Source of the DNA: Trypethelium eluteriae
Taxonomy: Eukaryota
DNA: 20,000 bases
NCBI GenBank assembly: GCA_051942245.1
Contig: JAVECL010000002.1
Location: 168,569-188,568 of the forward strand
Direction of reading: 5' to 3'
The notes below the pieces were generated by a model. The model did not search any database, was not told the DNA's origin, and saw only the letters and a list, made by a program, of their open reading frames with translations. Made by a program: the position numbers and the translations under genes. Shown here piece after piece: positions 1 through 11,827 of this stretch; the stretch's first letter is position 1; every line of letters starts with the position of its first letter.

Positions 1-375
1 AGGATTCTCGATTGAAAGCTGGTTGATTGGGATGAGTTAGAGGCAGACTGAGGAGTGTTTTCGTATAAGTACATGGCATTAAAATATATGATGGTGTTGA
101 GAATACTTTACGGGAACAATCTCTCCAGTGCGAACTTCTTTCGCCGCTGCTGCCACACGCGATGGAGTAAGGAGATTGAGGCGTCCAATATAATCGTCAT
201 CGCCCCAAACCCAAGCAGCTCCATCCGGAGCGCCAGGGATTTGTGGTAACTCCTTACGATTGGGAAAGCGGGTGCTATCAGGATCCCACGGCAGAGTTGT
301 CGCCGTTTTATTCATTGTAAGTAAGTCGCGAATCTGCGTAAGTCTTTGATTTGTAGTGTTTTTTGGATCCGTCAT
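1..375 (-). CDS. Putative cyclase family protein (kynurenine formamidase-like metal-dependent hydrolase), 5' part; gene runs off the window start
   Basis: Exon 1 is 375-107. Intron 106-48 (GTATTC...CAG, 59 nt). Exon 2 is 47-<1. The spliced product reads ...GAPDGAAWVWGDDDYIGRLNLLTPSRVAAAAKEVRTGEIVPVNLPLTHPNQPAFNRE. WG.DD..G.LNLLTP..V..A..E...G....L.LPL...P.F.R is the typical N-terminus of fungal cyclase-family proteins. Confidence 0.85.
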
Positions 376-1123
376 GGTTATGTGGGGTTAAAAGTTGTTG
401 GACTCGTCAAGTCTGGCAATAGGTGTTGTTGTAGCACCGATCCACGTTCAAGCCTATACGATACTCATGCTTCGCTACTTAGTTGGCACCCCGCATCGAA
501 GAAGGCTTGCAGGGGTAATTTGGTGGAGAGGAACACTGGAGCTACAAGTTATCCGAGGTCGCAGCGCCGCCAGTAGCAAATGCAAGCCTACCTAGGTACT
601 TTGAAGAACTATAAGAATCCCCCATAGGTCAGGTGAATTTTAGAGGGCGGCGAGTCGAGGGAAGCTCCATGTATGCTGTCCGATCTCGAATGAGACCTCA
701 ATCTGGCAGTGCTGAGGCATGAGTGGCTTCTGTTCAGTAGCCTGATTGGCAAGTGCTTGTATCGATTACCCTGCCACCACGAACATGTTGCAGCAATGCA
801 GTGCGAGGAGAAAGTCCCGATGGGACGGAAGTGGAGAGTCAGCTGATCACGGGAATTCGCGCCTTAGCGTGGGATACGCGAGACGTTTAGATACCTTCCC
901 GGAGATCCGTTTGACACGATAGCACATAAAGGAAAGTAGAAGGATATTCATATATCTCAAATTGCTTTACTAGTTGAGTTTGATCTCGAGCAGCAATCCT
1001 GTCTTTCTACGCAAAAGCCCCTCATGCGGAACCCAACATTTCTGCTCCATTGATCTGGGTCTCGACTGCTCGATCCGAAGTTCGGAGACCACAACCCTCA
1101 TATTTCTGTTTCAAACTCGAGCT

Positions 1124-2370
1124 TCATGACCGTGATCCATCCAAGCTAAGATCTTGAGTCCATGACTCTTTCCCTGGGTGATCATGGTATACGCATGTGT
1201 CGTACTTGGGCAGTAATGGATGAGGCATTGCGAAAAGCCTTTTACCCGCCGCGATGGCGACATCGAATAGGAATGGAGCTGCATCTGAGACCACTTCCTG
1301 GCTAGCACTATCCGAGAAAGACTGGAGCGATTTTGACTGGACGGTGATATCTACGAGCAATCGGCGGAGTTCCGAGCCATCGGTAGCGCTTGTGTTGTGG
1401 TAGACATGTGCGGCAGTCCTGAGATCAGGATAAATTTGCTCATGCCGGCACTTTTCGATGATTGCATTGACTGCGGCATTCTTCAATAGTCTTATCTGCC
1501 ATTCCTTTCCGAACAGGTACGTCTCGCATAGAAGCGACAATTCCAGGGTCTTTGTGCGTGTCCCAGCAATTTCGTCACAGAAACGCTGGGTGTAAAGCCA
1601 ATTGCGGAACGTTCGAACAACTTCAATGCTGGAGTCAAGCTCCAGCGAAGTAGTTGCGCTCTGCATATCTGCGGATTGGCGAGAGAGGCGTATCGAAAAA
1701 GCATATGAAAAGTGGTTAAGCAAGCTTCGATGGACGGTGAATCGAGTGTTGTCAGCTACAAGTTGGACCGCTTCGTCATACAGGTTGCTGTTATACTTTC
1801 AGCTTCACGCCTTTGATTGAATGTGAATAATCTATCGGCGACTTACCCCGATAAGGATTTCAGTATATGCTCATCCTTCGAACAAGTATAACCATCGAAA
1901 AGCCCCCCAGTAGCACATTGTTCAACGGTACGTAGAGTGGCGTCGGACGCGCCTTTTGCTCCGCGTTTCATACTAGCTGCTGCTATACTGTCATTGCGAG
2001 GAACTTTGGGCGAAGTCTGGGAGTAGGCAAAGGAGACCTCGGATGCAGTGGTTCGTGCTTTAGTCGCTGATTCCATGGATGCTATACTAGGCATGGCTTG
2101 TGACTTGGGTACATGCTTTTCAGTCTTGATTTCTCCTTGTTTCGGTAGAGTTGAAATGTTACCTTCAACCGGGGTGCTGGCTTTGATTTCTATTGAAGCA
2201 TCAGTATTTGCAAAAGAAAACGTGTTCATGCCCAAACCGGAATGTGACGGAAGCGGTTTATCTGACTCTAGTGGCTCTGAAGGAACACACTGTTTATCTT
2301 TGGTATCTTGCTTTTCCTGTTCCTTCAAACCCAGGCTGAAGATCGAGCTGTTTGAAGCAGACTGCGACAT
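1124..2370 (-). CDS. BTB/POZ-domain protein with Ser-rich disordered N-terminus (~395 aa)
   Basis: Exon 1 is 2370-1847. Intron 1846-1788 (GTAAGT...GCTGAA...CAG, 59 nt). Exon 2 is 1787-1124. Splicing joins two listed ORFs in frame. It gives VQLVADNTRFTVHRSLLNHFSYAF...FRNWLYT...LCETYLFGKEWQIRLLKNAAVNAI...VYHNT...LRRLLVD...CVYHDH, a typical fungal BTB pattern. Confidence 0.8.
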
Positions 2371-4596
2371 TATGAGACATAATATTATGCCCGAGAGGGG
2401 TGGTTTTGCGCGCGCTGTATTGCAAAGTATAGAGGAAAAAGAGAGAAGATCTTCAGATGTACCTTTACCTTGAGAAGAGCAAGCTAACGTATGACCAGGG
2501 TGTGTGATGTAGATCGCGTGTCACACATATGTAACTTAATCAAGTGATGTGATACAGTAATACTTTTTGGTTAAAAATATTGCAGGCAATTTCAGGAAAA
2601 TATTGAATGCCAACACGTTCTGAACTGTTCTGGTTTTCCTAGACATTGCTTTACAACGAGCTACTGCTTTCTATGAGAATATTTTAGTATTTTCACCTCG
2701 TCCACCTACCAACTTCCTACTCCATGCACGTATTCGGACCATTTGTACGGATCTGATTGTCTGCCTCACCTCATTATCTACAAACCTCCAAGTTTGACTT
2801 CACATGCCGTAGCCAAGAACTTCGATATATTTGCCGCCGTCGCTGAATAGTAGCTCCAATCAATCCAGCCTTCACTTGGTCTTTATTCCTATAAGACATA
2901 CCATGGCGCAGTCGTTTGATATCAAGGGCCTGCAGAAAAGATATGCTATAGATACTTTCATCATACAACATCATGGCTGACCCAGCTTCTGCTAGGGTCA
3001 CAAATCTACAATTCCCGCTCTGTGAAAACCCAAAGGGCTCCCTATCTTGTGCACTTTGCGATTCTACTCGACCAAGCGATAAGCAAGGAACATGGAAACC
3101 ACATGAGTTAGACGAGTCAAACTGTTAGCACAAGCTGAAACACAAACTTACTGATACCGCAATAAAGGGAATTTATCTGACATAGGTGACTCCAAACGCT
3201 CTCTGAAGAGATGAGCGACATAGACCAGGTAGCGCTGGCTGCTCTCATACACAATACTCTTCACAATACAGTACAAGCTTCACGAAGGGGAAGATATGTC
3301 ACGAAGCAAGGGGTACTTTGAGAAAAATCTCCCAGAGATGCGGACGACGAAGCTGAAAATTCGAAGGGAGAGTAAAGGAAGCAACATTAGACTTGACAAC
3401 AGCTCTGAGCCCACAATGGAGAGATGTTGCCGTGTTGCCTTGGGACTTCTAAACGGCAAGAAAATCAATGTTTTCGCGCAGGTGTCAACCCCCATATCCA
3501 GTCAGGAAACGGTGAGGCTTGGCACGTAGCATCTAGTGGCAGAAACATCATAGAATGCGACAAAGAACAGTACGCAATAACGCACCTGTCCGGATAGGGC
3601 TATCGCACTCTTCATAGGCTTCATCTCATCCTACACATGCTTATACGGCCTTCCTTCAGGTCGTCGCCATTCGTGCTTACAGTTATTGGACAAAACTGTC
3701 CGCACGCTGGTGCGGCAAATTTGGTTGGGGGTGCCGGAGCACCTTTCACTGTACGCCCTACTTAATATTCCCAGCAGGTATGAGGATCAAACACCTAGGT
3801 AGCCGAGCTTCGAAGCGTTCACGAGTATCGGGAAGGTCTTCCTAGCGTCCAATTAGATTTGGCCTTTTTAATACTCCTTACGATCCTGCTTTTAAAAGGG
3901 ATTCGTAGCTTAAGGAGACGTATCAAGGCATGGATGCTGAGAACAACGGTGCCTGATCGTGTTCGGCAGTCGAGGCAGAATTTGACGAATAATCTTTGTT
4001 GGACGCGGAAACGCAGGCGGCAAGGTTCGCAGGCGACAGATATAGAAGGACAGTGGACAACGGTGTTGTCAGGAATATGCCCTTCGGGTAGCGGAAGGGC
4101 CGCCTACAATTCGCATGACTGGGAATCGGACAGATGCAAGTTAAGTAAAGGCATGAAATTCATGCTTCAGCCTGCAGTTCTCGAAAAGCAAAGCTACACA
4201 TTTGATTAACAATGACACAGCTTCGACGAGGCCAAGTCAGGTAATAAGGTATTCATTTTCGCGTACAATGTAGCTCAATGTGAGCCACACGAGACAGAGA
4301 GATGACCCTCTCTAGACACGACTAGTTCTCCTCACGAACGATAATGCTCTCACAAAATCGGATTGGAAGATTGATTGTTTCACATGGAGCCGAACACCAA
4401 AAGGACGAAAGGCGCGGAAAACTGGATCCCACACGTGATTTTGACAACCTCGGGCCTGAGAGCCTTACTAGGAACGGTGTTCTCCCTGTCCTCGAGCCTT
4501 TTTCGCTTGATGTCAGATGTTTTCCACCTTCTTTTTTTCCTTGTCAAATCTTGTTATATGCAAGCAAAAAAGAAGCGGGTTTGAGTTGCGCCGAGA

Positions 4597-5934
4597 ATGT
4601 CCGCAGTGCCACAGTTACGGGCCTTAGGCGGCGTTATCGGACTCAGCGCTGTTCTTGCATTAACTGCTGTTCATCCCTACTCGAGGCAAATTCTAAGTAA
4701 TAATATATCCTACCCTCTGCCGAAGGGAACATGGCGTGCGATCGCTATCATCTTTGCCATACTCAATCTGAAAAATGTACCCTTAGTCTGGCATGTAAGT
4801 ATCCATGTCCTCTTCTCAGAGCATAAGAAGTCATAAATCTCCAACTCTGTTAGAGAGCTAGCTGACCCGAGCTGATATCAATTCCAATAGTTTCGTGTTT
4901 TCCGCTCGATGTTAGTTCAGCTGATTGAGCGTCAACGGCGTCCATTTCCTCCTCGCGCGCTCTTCCTTCCCCTTATTACCAAGTCCGCTTGGACACCCCT
5001 CCTCGAACTCGATTACAACTTACACAAATCCAACTCTACCTACTTCGCTGATCTCGACGTTGCGCGAGCGCAGCTTATGTTATGTCTCCTCCGCACAGGG
5101 ATCCAGCGTCTCATGAAAGGCGAGGAGTCTACGATGGTTGAAGAGACACGACGTAGTGGCTCAGTGGCTAGGTACGGAGTAGAAAACCATGCGCAGGAAG
5201 CCTTGAAGGGAGGGGGAAAGTTCTTGATTGCTTTAGGAGGAATCAGCTGCCATTTCAAAAAGGAGATCAAGGCATACAGTGGTTACGAAATCTGGACGAG
5301 GGTGCTCAGCTGGGATCGGAAATGGATTTATTTAGTGTCACACATCGTGAAGAGGGGGTTGGCGAAGCCAGAGGAGTACGTATTACAAACGGGACGGTGG
5401 GGCGGGAGGAGCACGGAATTAAGGGGTAATAAGGAGAAGGAAACTAGCGAGGAGGCAAGAGCGAGAAGGAAGGAGGAGTGGAAGAGTGGAATATATGCGA
5501 CAAGTGTGGCGAAATACGTGGTGAAGAGGGGGAGGATAACAATTCCGCCAGAGTTGGTCCTTGAGCGCTCCAAACTATTACCACCACGTCCACCTGAACG
5601 GAAGGAGGATCCGATCTCGAAACCTATGCTTGAGGGCGACGAAAACGCAGATCAGTCAATGATCTCGGTCGAAGCTGCTCAATCAATGCAGGACACAAGT
5701 AAGAAGAGTGCCGTCCTAGTCAATGGTGCAGAGACGTCAGACATGAGCTCCGCGAATGCCACATGTGACAGCACTACCTCTGACGAAGATGGTTGGGATT
5801 GGGAGGCATGCGAGAAGAAGCGACTCGAAGGGCTCAAATTTGCGGAGATGTTTGCTGGACTTGATGCTCTTCACGATGAGTTTGATGGTGGAGTTGATGG
5901 AGTTCTTGGGTCATACGTCGATCTTTTTTGGTAG
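4597..5934 (+). CDS. Hot-dog fold thioesterase-like protein (THEM6/YBR096W-like) with hydrophobic N-terminus, ~413 aa
   Basis: Exon 1 is 4597-4794. Intron 4795-4890 (GTAAGT...GCTGAT...TAG). Exon 2 is 4891-5934. Motifs: LNLKNVPLVWHFRVF, ELDYNLHKSNSTYFADLDVAR, LGGISCHFKKEI, TRVLSWDRKWIY, KYVVKRGRITIPPE. Confidence 0.85.
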
Positions 5935-6127
5935 TGGTGTTGGTTCATGAACTGGATTCATTCTAGACCTCGAATAGACGGGAGGGTTCACATGATATAG
6001 ATCTCGAGAGGCGAGCTTCGTGGATATACCCAGCTGATGTTGGACGCCGCTCTTATGTTGCATTAGTGTTGTATATACTGCTACCTAATCCAACATCTAT
6101 TATGTAGCTGTAGGCCCATTTAGGATA

Positions 6128-8224
6128 TTACCTCTTCTTCCCCTTCGTCTTATCTAAAACCTCTACCCATTGACTTCTTATGCCTCTTCTTTCCAGAGCC
6201 TTAATCACGGCATCTTTTTGTGGGCCTTGAACCATGATCTCTTTCTTGTCTTCTTTAGGACTACTTCCAACAAGTTTCTCAACACTTGAACTCCCAGCAC
6301 AGACTTTCTTCAGCTCCTCAGCCAAGGGCTGTGGTGGAATGAAAAAGCTCTCTATACCACTGATCTTAGTGACAGTCTTATTGCCGCTACGGGTCTCCAA
6401 AGTGATCTTGACCTTTGGAGGCATGCCACTTCGAGGCTTAGCAGTAGAAAGCTTCTGCTTGTTGCGTAGAATCGCGTGGTGAGGTGAGCAGGAAGTGACG
6501 AGGCGGTCAATCAGAGCGTCCCGAGGAACAGTGCCTTTGGCGATGACCTTAGAGTCCAACGGGGAAGACCCATCAAAAACGACATTTGCTAAAATCGGAT
6601 TGAGTTCAACCAGACGTTTGTTCGTAGATGAGATCAGGTTTTCCGACTCTATATACTTCGTGATTGCAGGTCGAATATCGGCAGCTGAGAAGAGTGAGTT
6701 AGAAGACGCCTCGGCTCCAAATATGGGGGACAGTTTCTCTTTTGGACGGTAAAGAGTCAGAACTTCAATGCTCTGACCGACTGAATCATCTCCGGTATCA
6801 ATTTCGACAGTCGCCTTGCCCCCGCGACCAAGGCTTGCGCCAGCAGCTGTCTCTTTTTTGGGTAGTTTATATGGAACGAACTCCAACACCTCTCGATCGT
6901 CAAAGTCGATATCTAATATGACTACTTCATTTCCGTCACGGTCCTTTGTTTTGACGATCTTCTGTTTATCAAGATGTTTCATAAATTTCTTGATATTCTT
7001 CCAGCTGGTCTTTTTGATCTGAATGGTCGTTGATTGTTCGGGACTATGGATAGGGAGAAAAGGTTGTACAAGGTTAGACATGACAAATGATTGGGACAGA
7101 GGGAACTGTAGGCCGAAGTTGTTTTGGCCTTTATTTGTCTCCTTGTAATGATGTATGCCATAGAGAAACGCTTTGTAGAACGCCTCGTCGATATCTGTAT
7201 GTTCGGTTTAGCTGAGTCTCTTTTTGGTAGGCAAATCTACCTTTCGTTGTCAATTCTGATGTGTTGGCCTGATCGAAGAGTTCATTCTTCGGGGCATCTT
7301 CTCCGCTAACATGTTCATTCTTGTCTGACGAGTTGAGCTCGTGCGAATTAGCATTCCCCAAGGATACACCACCGTCATCTGCATCGTCTTCACCAAGGTC
7401 AAGGCCTTCAGCTCGTTGAGCTAGATCTGAGTTATTCGTAGCATTTTCGTCCCAGCCGTCAAGATGTTCCGGAGCAGTAGTACCTGGCCTACCGTTTGTG
7501 CTCCACGCCCAAATCTCATCCCCACACCAATGGACCGTCCGCACTGCGCGACCCTTTTGACCGTTGACGGAGCCGAGGCGATTGATGTCAATCTCGCAAA
7601 TGCCTACGGCCATTGGTACAGAAGGAGAATCAATGCTTGCAATGGCGACCAGAGAGTCTTTTGTGGCCTTGGAAGGGAACGGAGGTCCGGCGAGCCCAGG
7701 TGTCATAAGGTCAGCGCCACCTTGAAGTTTCTTCACGACAAAATCGGGTGTATGTAAGAGCGGAATGAGTCTAGGATGTTTCCAGAGCGTATAAACTGAG
7801 TAGAGAAGTCAGTTGCCTCATCTGAGTCACTGCGAACCTCATGTCTGACCTGTAGGATATAGCTTGCCCTCAACGTCAACCCACAATATACGTTGTTCGT
7901 CACCTGAATACGTTCCAACGTATATCGTGCCTGAAATTTTCTTGAGATCCGGTCCATGTGTAGTCGAAAATCGAGCAGATTGCGCGTTTTCTGGCAGTAG
8001 CGAATTCCTCAAAGAGCTATGCTCTGCCACGGCAGTGGCTTTGTCTTCGACACTAGCATCCTGGACAGCGGATGATTCGAGACTGAGATCTTTTATTATC
8101 TGATCTGCTATGTGACGACGATCAGACGAGCGGAGGGGCGCCAGCGGTTTAACCTGCATTTCATTGGCAAATGGACGGGGTTGTATTCAAACAAGTTCCT
8201 TACATTTGGTTTCTTTTTGAACAT
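6128..8224 (-). CDS. TMA64: Translation initiation/reinitiation factor eIF2D (ligatin/Tma64; PUA, SWIB-like and SUI1 domains), ~648 aa
   Basis: Exons 8224-8204, 8153-7850, 7795-7241 and 7194-6128. GT-AG introns of 50, 54 and 46 nt keep the frame. Motifs: MFKKKPNVKPLAPLRSSDRR, YPTVYTLW, GADLMTPGL (PUA), KKTSWKNIKKF, and ETRSGNKTVTKISGIE...VQGPQ (SUI1). Confidence 0.92.
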
Positions 8225-8350
8225 GATTATACTTCTCAGGCAAGTCTCTTAAAATGACTCTATCTGTATGCTCCTTGGATGAGTAGTAACAAAGACGGCA
8301 GATCCCAGAACTGAAAGGGAGAGTGCTCTTGATGCTTCACGCCATCGTTA

Positions 8351-8358
8351 TGACGTCA
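8351..8358. promoter_or_regulatory. Perfect CRE palindrome TGACGTCA (candidate Atf1/Sko1-type bZIP site) upstream of eIF2D
   Basis: TGACGTCA lies ~127 bp upstream of the eIF2D ATG. The motif is seen directly; function is inferred. Confidence 0.35.
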
Positions 8359-8566
8359 GTGCTTTTCCAGGTCTATTCACGCTTCAGCGGAGTATTTTCC
8401 GTGGTTTTCAACAGACCTCCACAAAATGCAAGGCTTTCCTTCTTCGAAGAATTATATTTCATCCACAAGCAGATCCACAGTTCATATGCAAGAGTCTCAT
8501 GATTTGTGATACGTTTTGAAAATAGACAATGTTCGCCTGGGTATCTCTCGATCATTTTGTAATGGC

Positions 8567-9874
8567 CTACAGTTTTGTTGGCCTCCCCTTCCCCGCCCCC
8601 ATGAAGCCAAAGAGATAACCTGCCACTTTCCTCATCTGAATTTCCTCACTACCTTCCGTAATTCGGTACCTTCGGTGATGTCTCCAAATGTGCTCAAATG
8701 GCTTCTCTCGCCCGTATCCCATACCGCCATGAACCTGGATAGCACGATCCGCAGCCTCCGTACAAAGTCTATTTGCCCAGTAGTTACACATCGATACCTT
8801 GTCCCCAAGCTGAGCCTCAACATCCACATGTGAGATGCGATCCATCTCAGATGCCGTTTTCCGGATTAGTAGCCGCAGCATCTCACACTGAGTGGCGAGT
8901 TCGACAAGTGGGAATTGGATAGCTTGATTCGTCGCTAATGGCTTTCCAAATGGCGCGCGGGAGACGGCGTATGTGATAGATTCATTTACACAGTAAATAG
9001 CCGCTCCTAGGGAGCTAGCAGCTTGTCGGATACGGTTTTCGTGTACGAAAGCTTGAGCGACAGCGAGGCCAGAGTGAAGCGGACCAAGGACACAAGAAGA
9101 TGGGACGAAAACATTACGTAGAGAGATAGTGGCATGATCAGTAGGCATATTGAGGGTCCATTGATAACTCTCGATGGTGAGACCAGGAGTATGCCTGGGT
9201 ACAATAAGGCAGGTAATTCCTGTTAGGGAGCCGGAGGCACCAGATGTCCGGGCGAAGATGAAACAGTGGGTTGCTTTATGCATACCAGTCTGCCACTTTT
9301 TTGCACCGTTAATGAGCCAGCCGTTCACGCCATCGCGAATTTCAGGAATAGCTTTGGTGTCCATGAAGGTTGCATCGCTGCCGTGGGAAGGTTCGGTGAG
9401 TCCGAATGTAATTCGTATCCTGCCTTCCAATCGACCCCAAATCAACTCCTCCCTCTGCTTTTCACTGCCGAAGTGGAGCAACATAACAATATCGGGGAAG
9501 TTTCCAACGATGCTGTGCTCATTCTGCAGATCATTGAACAGCCCGAGACCCTTCGATGCCAAATGTTCCCGTATGACGCTCATCCAAAGGTTGCTTCCTC
9601 TTCCCTCAGACTCGTTTTGACCGCCATACCTCTTCGGCAATGAGAATCGCCAAAAGCCTGCCTGATCTGCTAGCCGTGTACATTCTTTAAGTAATTCCTC
9701 CCACTCTTCGCACGGAAGGCCACCAGCATCCCAATTTGTACGCGCATTTTCACGACGGTGGTCGAAGAAGCGCTCATTGTCATTCTTAGCTTGAAGAGGC
9801 CTAATCTCGCGGTCGATGAAGGTGTCGAGAGCACCGAGGTATTGCAGGAGCTCTGGAGGAAGGTCGAAATTCAT
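8567..9874 (-). CDS. Acyl-CoA dehydrogenase family protein, intronless, ~435 aa
   Basis: Likely start MNFDLPPEL at 9874. ACAD motifs: FGLTEPSHGSDA, WLINGAKKW, RAPFGKPLATNQAIQFPL, DRAIQVHGGMGY, RITEGSEEIQ. The C-terminus is -TKL. Confidence 0.92.
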   Translation of the reverse strand: MNFDLPPELLQYLGALDTFIDREIRPLQAKNDNERFFDHRRENARTNWDAGGLPCEEWEELLKECTRLADQAGFWRFSLPKRYGGQNESEGRGSNLWMSVIREHLASKGLGLFNDLQNEHSIVGNFPDIVMLLHFGSEKQREELIWGRLEGRIRITFGLTEPSHGSDATFMDTKAIPEIRDGVNGWLINGAKKWQTGMHKATHCFIFARTSGASGSLTGITCLIVPRHTPGLTIESYQWTLNMPTDHATISLRNVFVPSSCVLGPLHSGLAVAQAFVHENRIRQAASSLGAAIYCVNESITYAVSRAPFGKPLATNQAIQFPLVELATQCEMLRLLIRKTASEMDRISHVDVEAQLGDKVSMCNYWANRLCTEAADRAIQVHGGMGYGREKPFEHIWRHHRRYRITEGSEEIQMRKVAGYLFGFMGAGKGRPTKL

Positions 9875-10164
9875 AGTAAGTAGTAAGAGTAGAGCGAAAG
9901 AGTGGAGGCTAAAGATTCGAGGATCGATCGAGGAATCGTTATGATCTTCTACCTTACCGATCGATACATGATGATTACACATCCTGAAAGGACGCTACGA
10001 CACTGGTTCTACCAGTATGGTAGCAGCCATCTAGATATGCCGTAATTCCCGGCGTTTAGAATATCGGACCATATTGCTGTAGCGTGTGCGGGGTATGTGC
10101 CATAAGCTCGAGTGCTGCGGTGATGGTAAGGTAGCGCGGGCACGTAAAGTAAGATACCTCGAAG

Positions 10165-10170
10165 CCTCGG
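10165..10170. promoter_or_regulatory. Candidate FarA/FarB (Ctf1) binding site CCTCGG upstream of the acyl-CoA dehydrogenase
   Basis: CCTCGG lies ~290 bp upstream of the ACAD ATG, and a CreA-like GCGGGG lies at 10088-10093. CCTCGG is the known fatty-acid induction motif in Aspergillus, but a 6-mer can occur by chance. Confidence 0.35.
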
Positions 10171-11827
10171 CCGTGAGCGCGTCGAAGGCGGTGAGTGATT
10201 TCTACCTCTTCGTACGTACGGTACCTAAGTGAGGTACCAACCCACCAACCTCTTGTACTCTGTACCTCTCATCGCAATTCGTCTTCACAAGTTCCTGTAG
10301 CTCAGATAGTTAGCTCTTGGACCTATTCGGAAAACTCCCACAACGACCGTGCCTGAGCCAATTTTATCACTAGCCTAGCTTTGTGCTTGCATGGTGGAAA
10401 ATCTGAAATCAGAACCTCTTACGCCTCCTCTCACATGCGTGTTCGTCAACGTCTACCACTGCCAATCAGCTTCATCTTCTCAGATGGGTTGAAGAAATAA
10501 AAATCGTTGCAATGCAAAGGTGCTCGAATGTACTAGTACAGCCATCTTTAGATCTGGATCCACATGTTTCCAATTTCCACACGAGAACAAGGTGTTGCAG
10601 CTTTATGCCATAGGCAACGAAGATGCTATGGACGTGCCTTCTGGACCAAGTGATCGATCAGTGTATACTCTTTACTCCGAGACTAAGAGCCATGGACCCC
10701 ACAAGCCAAGGATCTGGTATGGCGCAGAGCACAGATAACGTGTGGACGACTAAGCGTCCAGAGTAGAGAAGGCTGCAAAAATGACTGGTTATACTCCCGC
10801 CCTGAGTCTGAGATGAGGTCTCATTGAATTTTCTGAACTCAGCAATAATCATGATACGATTTTAGCAACGATGAAAGCGTTTACACGACATTGATTTGCG
10901 GTTGACTCAACGTCCTCCTCAAAATCCTTCCCACGAGTTTTTGAGTCCAATCGAATAGCGAATCTTTCTCTTGTAGGGACTTTGATTGTCCCTGAAAGAA
11001 TGCAACATATATCTCATACGAATGGGCATTTGATGAATCGTCGCTCTATTCCATGGACCAGCAAAAGGCGTCATAGCGGTACATTATGCGACTGATCTGT
11101 CCGACGAGCTGAATCATGGACTCTGTCACGTTTTCCACTATGACCATCATTGTCCACACGGATGAGGTCCCACCGCAAATCCTCTGGAGTATATGACACT
11201 GTCAAGCACTGAGTCGCCATGGACATGTCTTCCATAGCCTTGTCTTTCAATCATAGGCTCGCTCCTCCTTACCTACTAATGCGGCGTTGCGGATTCTAGC
11301 TGGTCAAGGAGGTCGGAGTAGTGTCTGAAGATTGTATCTCTCCAGGTGGGTAAGAGTCCGAAAGTATCTGAAGGTAGCATGATAATGTTCCGAGATCCAT
11401 GTTCGGCTGTTCAAAATGCCAGTCTGCGTGCCAACGTAGTGCATCCAAAGAGTGGGTACGAACCCACTTCTCACCCCATCCACCTTCCAAGTGAATTTTC
11501 TATATGCAGATCATATAGAGCACGCGACACTTTTCGCTGGCCAAAACAAGAACTCTGAAGTCATGCTCACTTTACTTCTCAGCATCCAAGGTATGAGTGC
11601 AGTTTCCGCTAGTCCTCCTAGCACAACTGGCACCGCTAGGGGAAGTCTCTTGGTGACTGGCGTAGTCTATCTTCAAAATTCCTCGCACGACTACCTCGAT
11701 CAGGGCGGAGCACTAGAGAAGTGCCATTGCAAATTACGCTGCTACGCGGAAAGGATATTTACACAAGAAGTTCGATACCGACACTGTAAACGAACCTCAT
11801 AGCTACAACGTTCCCGGACGTTACGAG

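Noticed and set aside
2048..2473. 141-aa plus-strand ORF
   Set aside because: It is the antisense shadow of the Ser-rich exon 1 of the BTB gene and has no motif.
3296..4700. Short plus-strand ORFs (3296-3529, 3859-4209, 4344-4700, 4375-4584)
   Set aside because: No recognisable motifs, some have non-ATG starts, and the lengths are compatible with chance.
9875..9982. 36-aa in-frame N-terminal extension of the ACAD with a Leu run
   Set aside because: The family-like sequence begins at MNFDLP. The Leu run derives from a pyrimidine-rich 5' UTR-like tract.
10211..10238. Palindromes CGTACGTACG and GGTACCT-N5-AGGTACC
   Set aside because: Short GTAC-rich palindromes are common in fungal intergenic DNA, and there is no further structure.
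10480..11800. Possible gene remnant in the gap between the ACAD and the orphan ORF
   Set aside because: Only short ORFs and scattered splice-like motifs; I could not assemble a coherent model.
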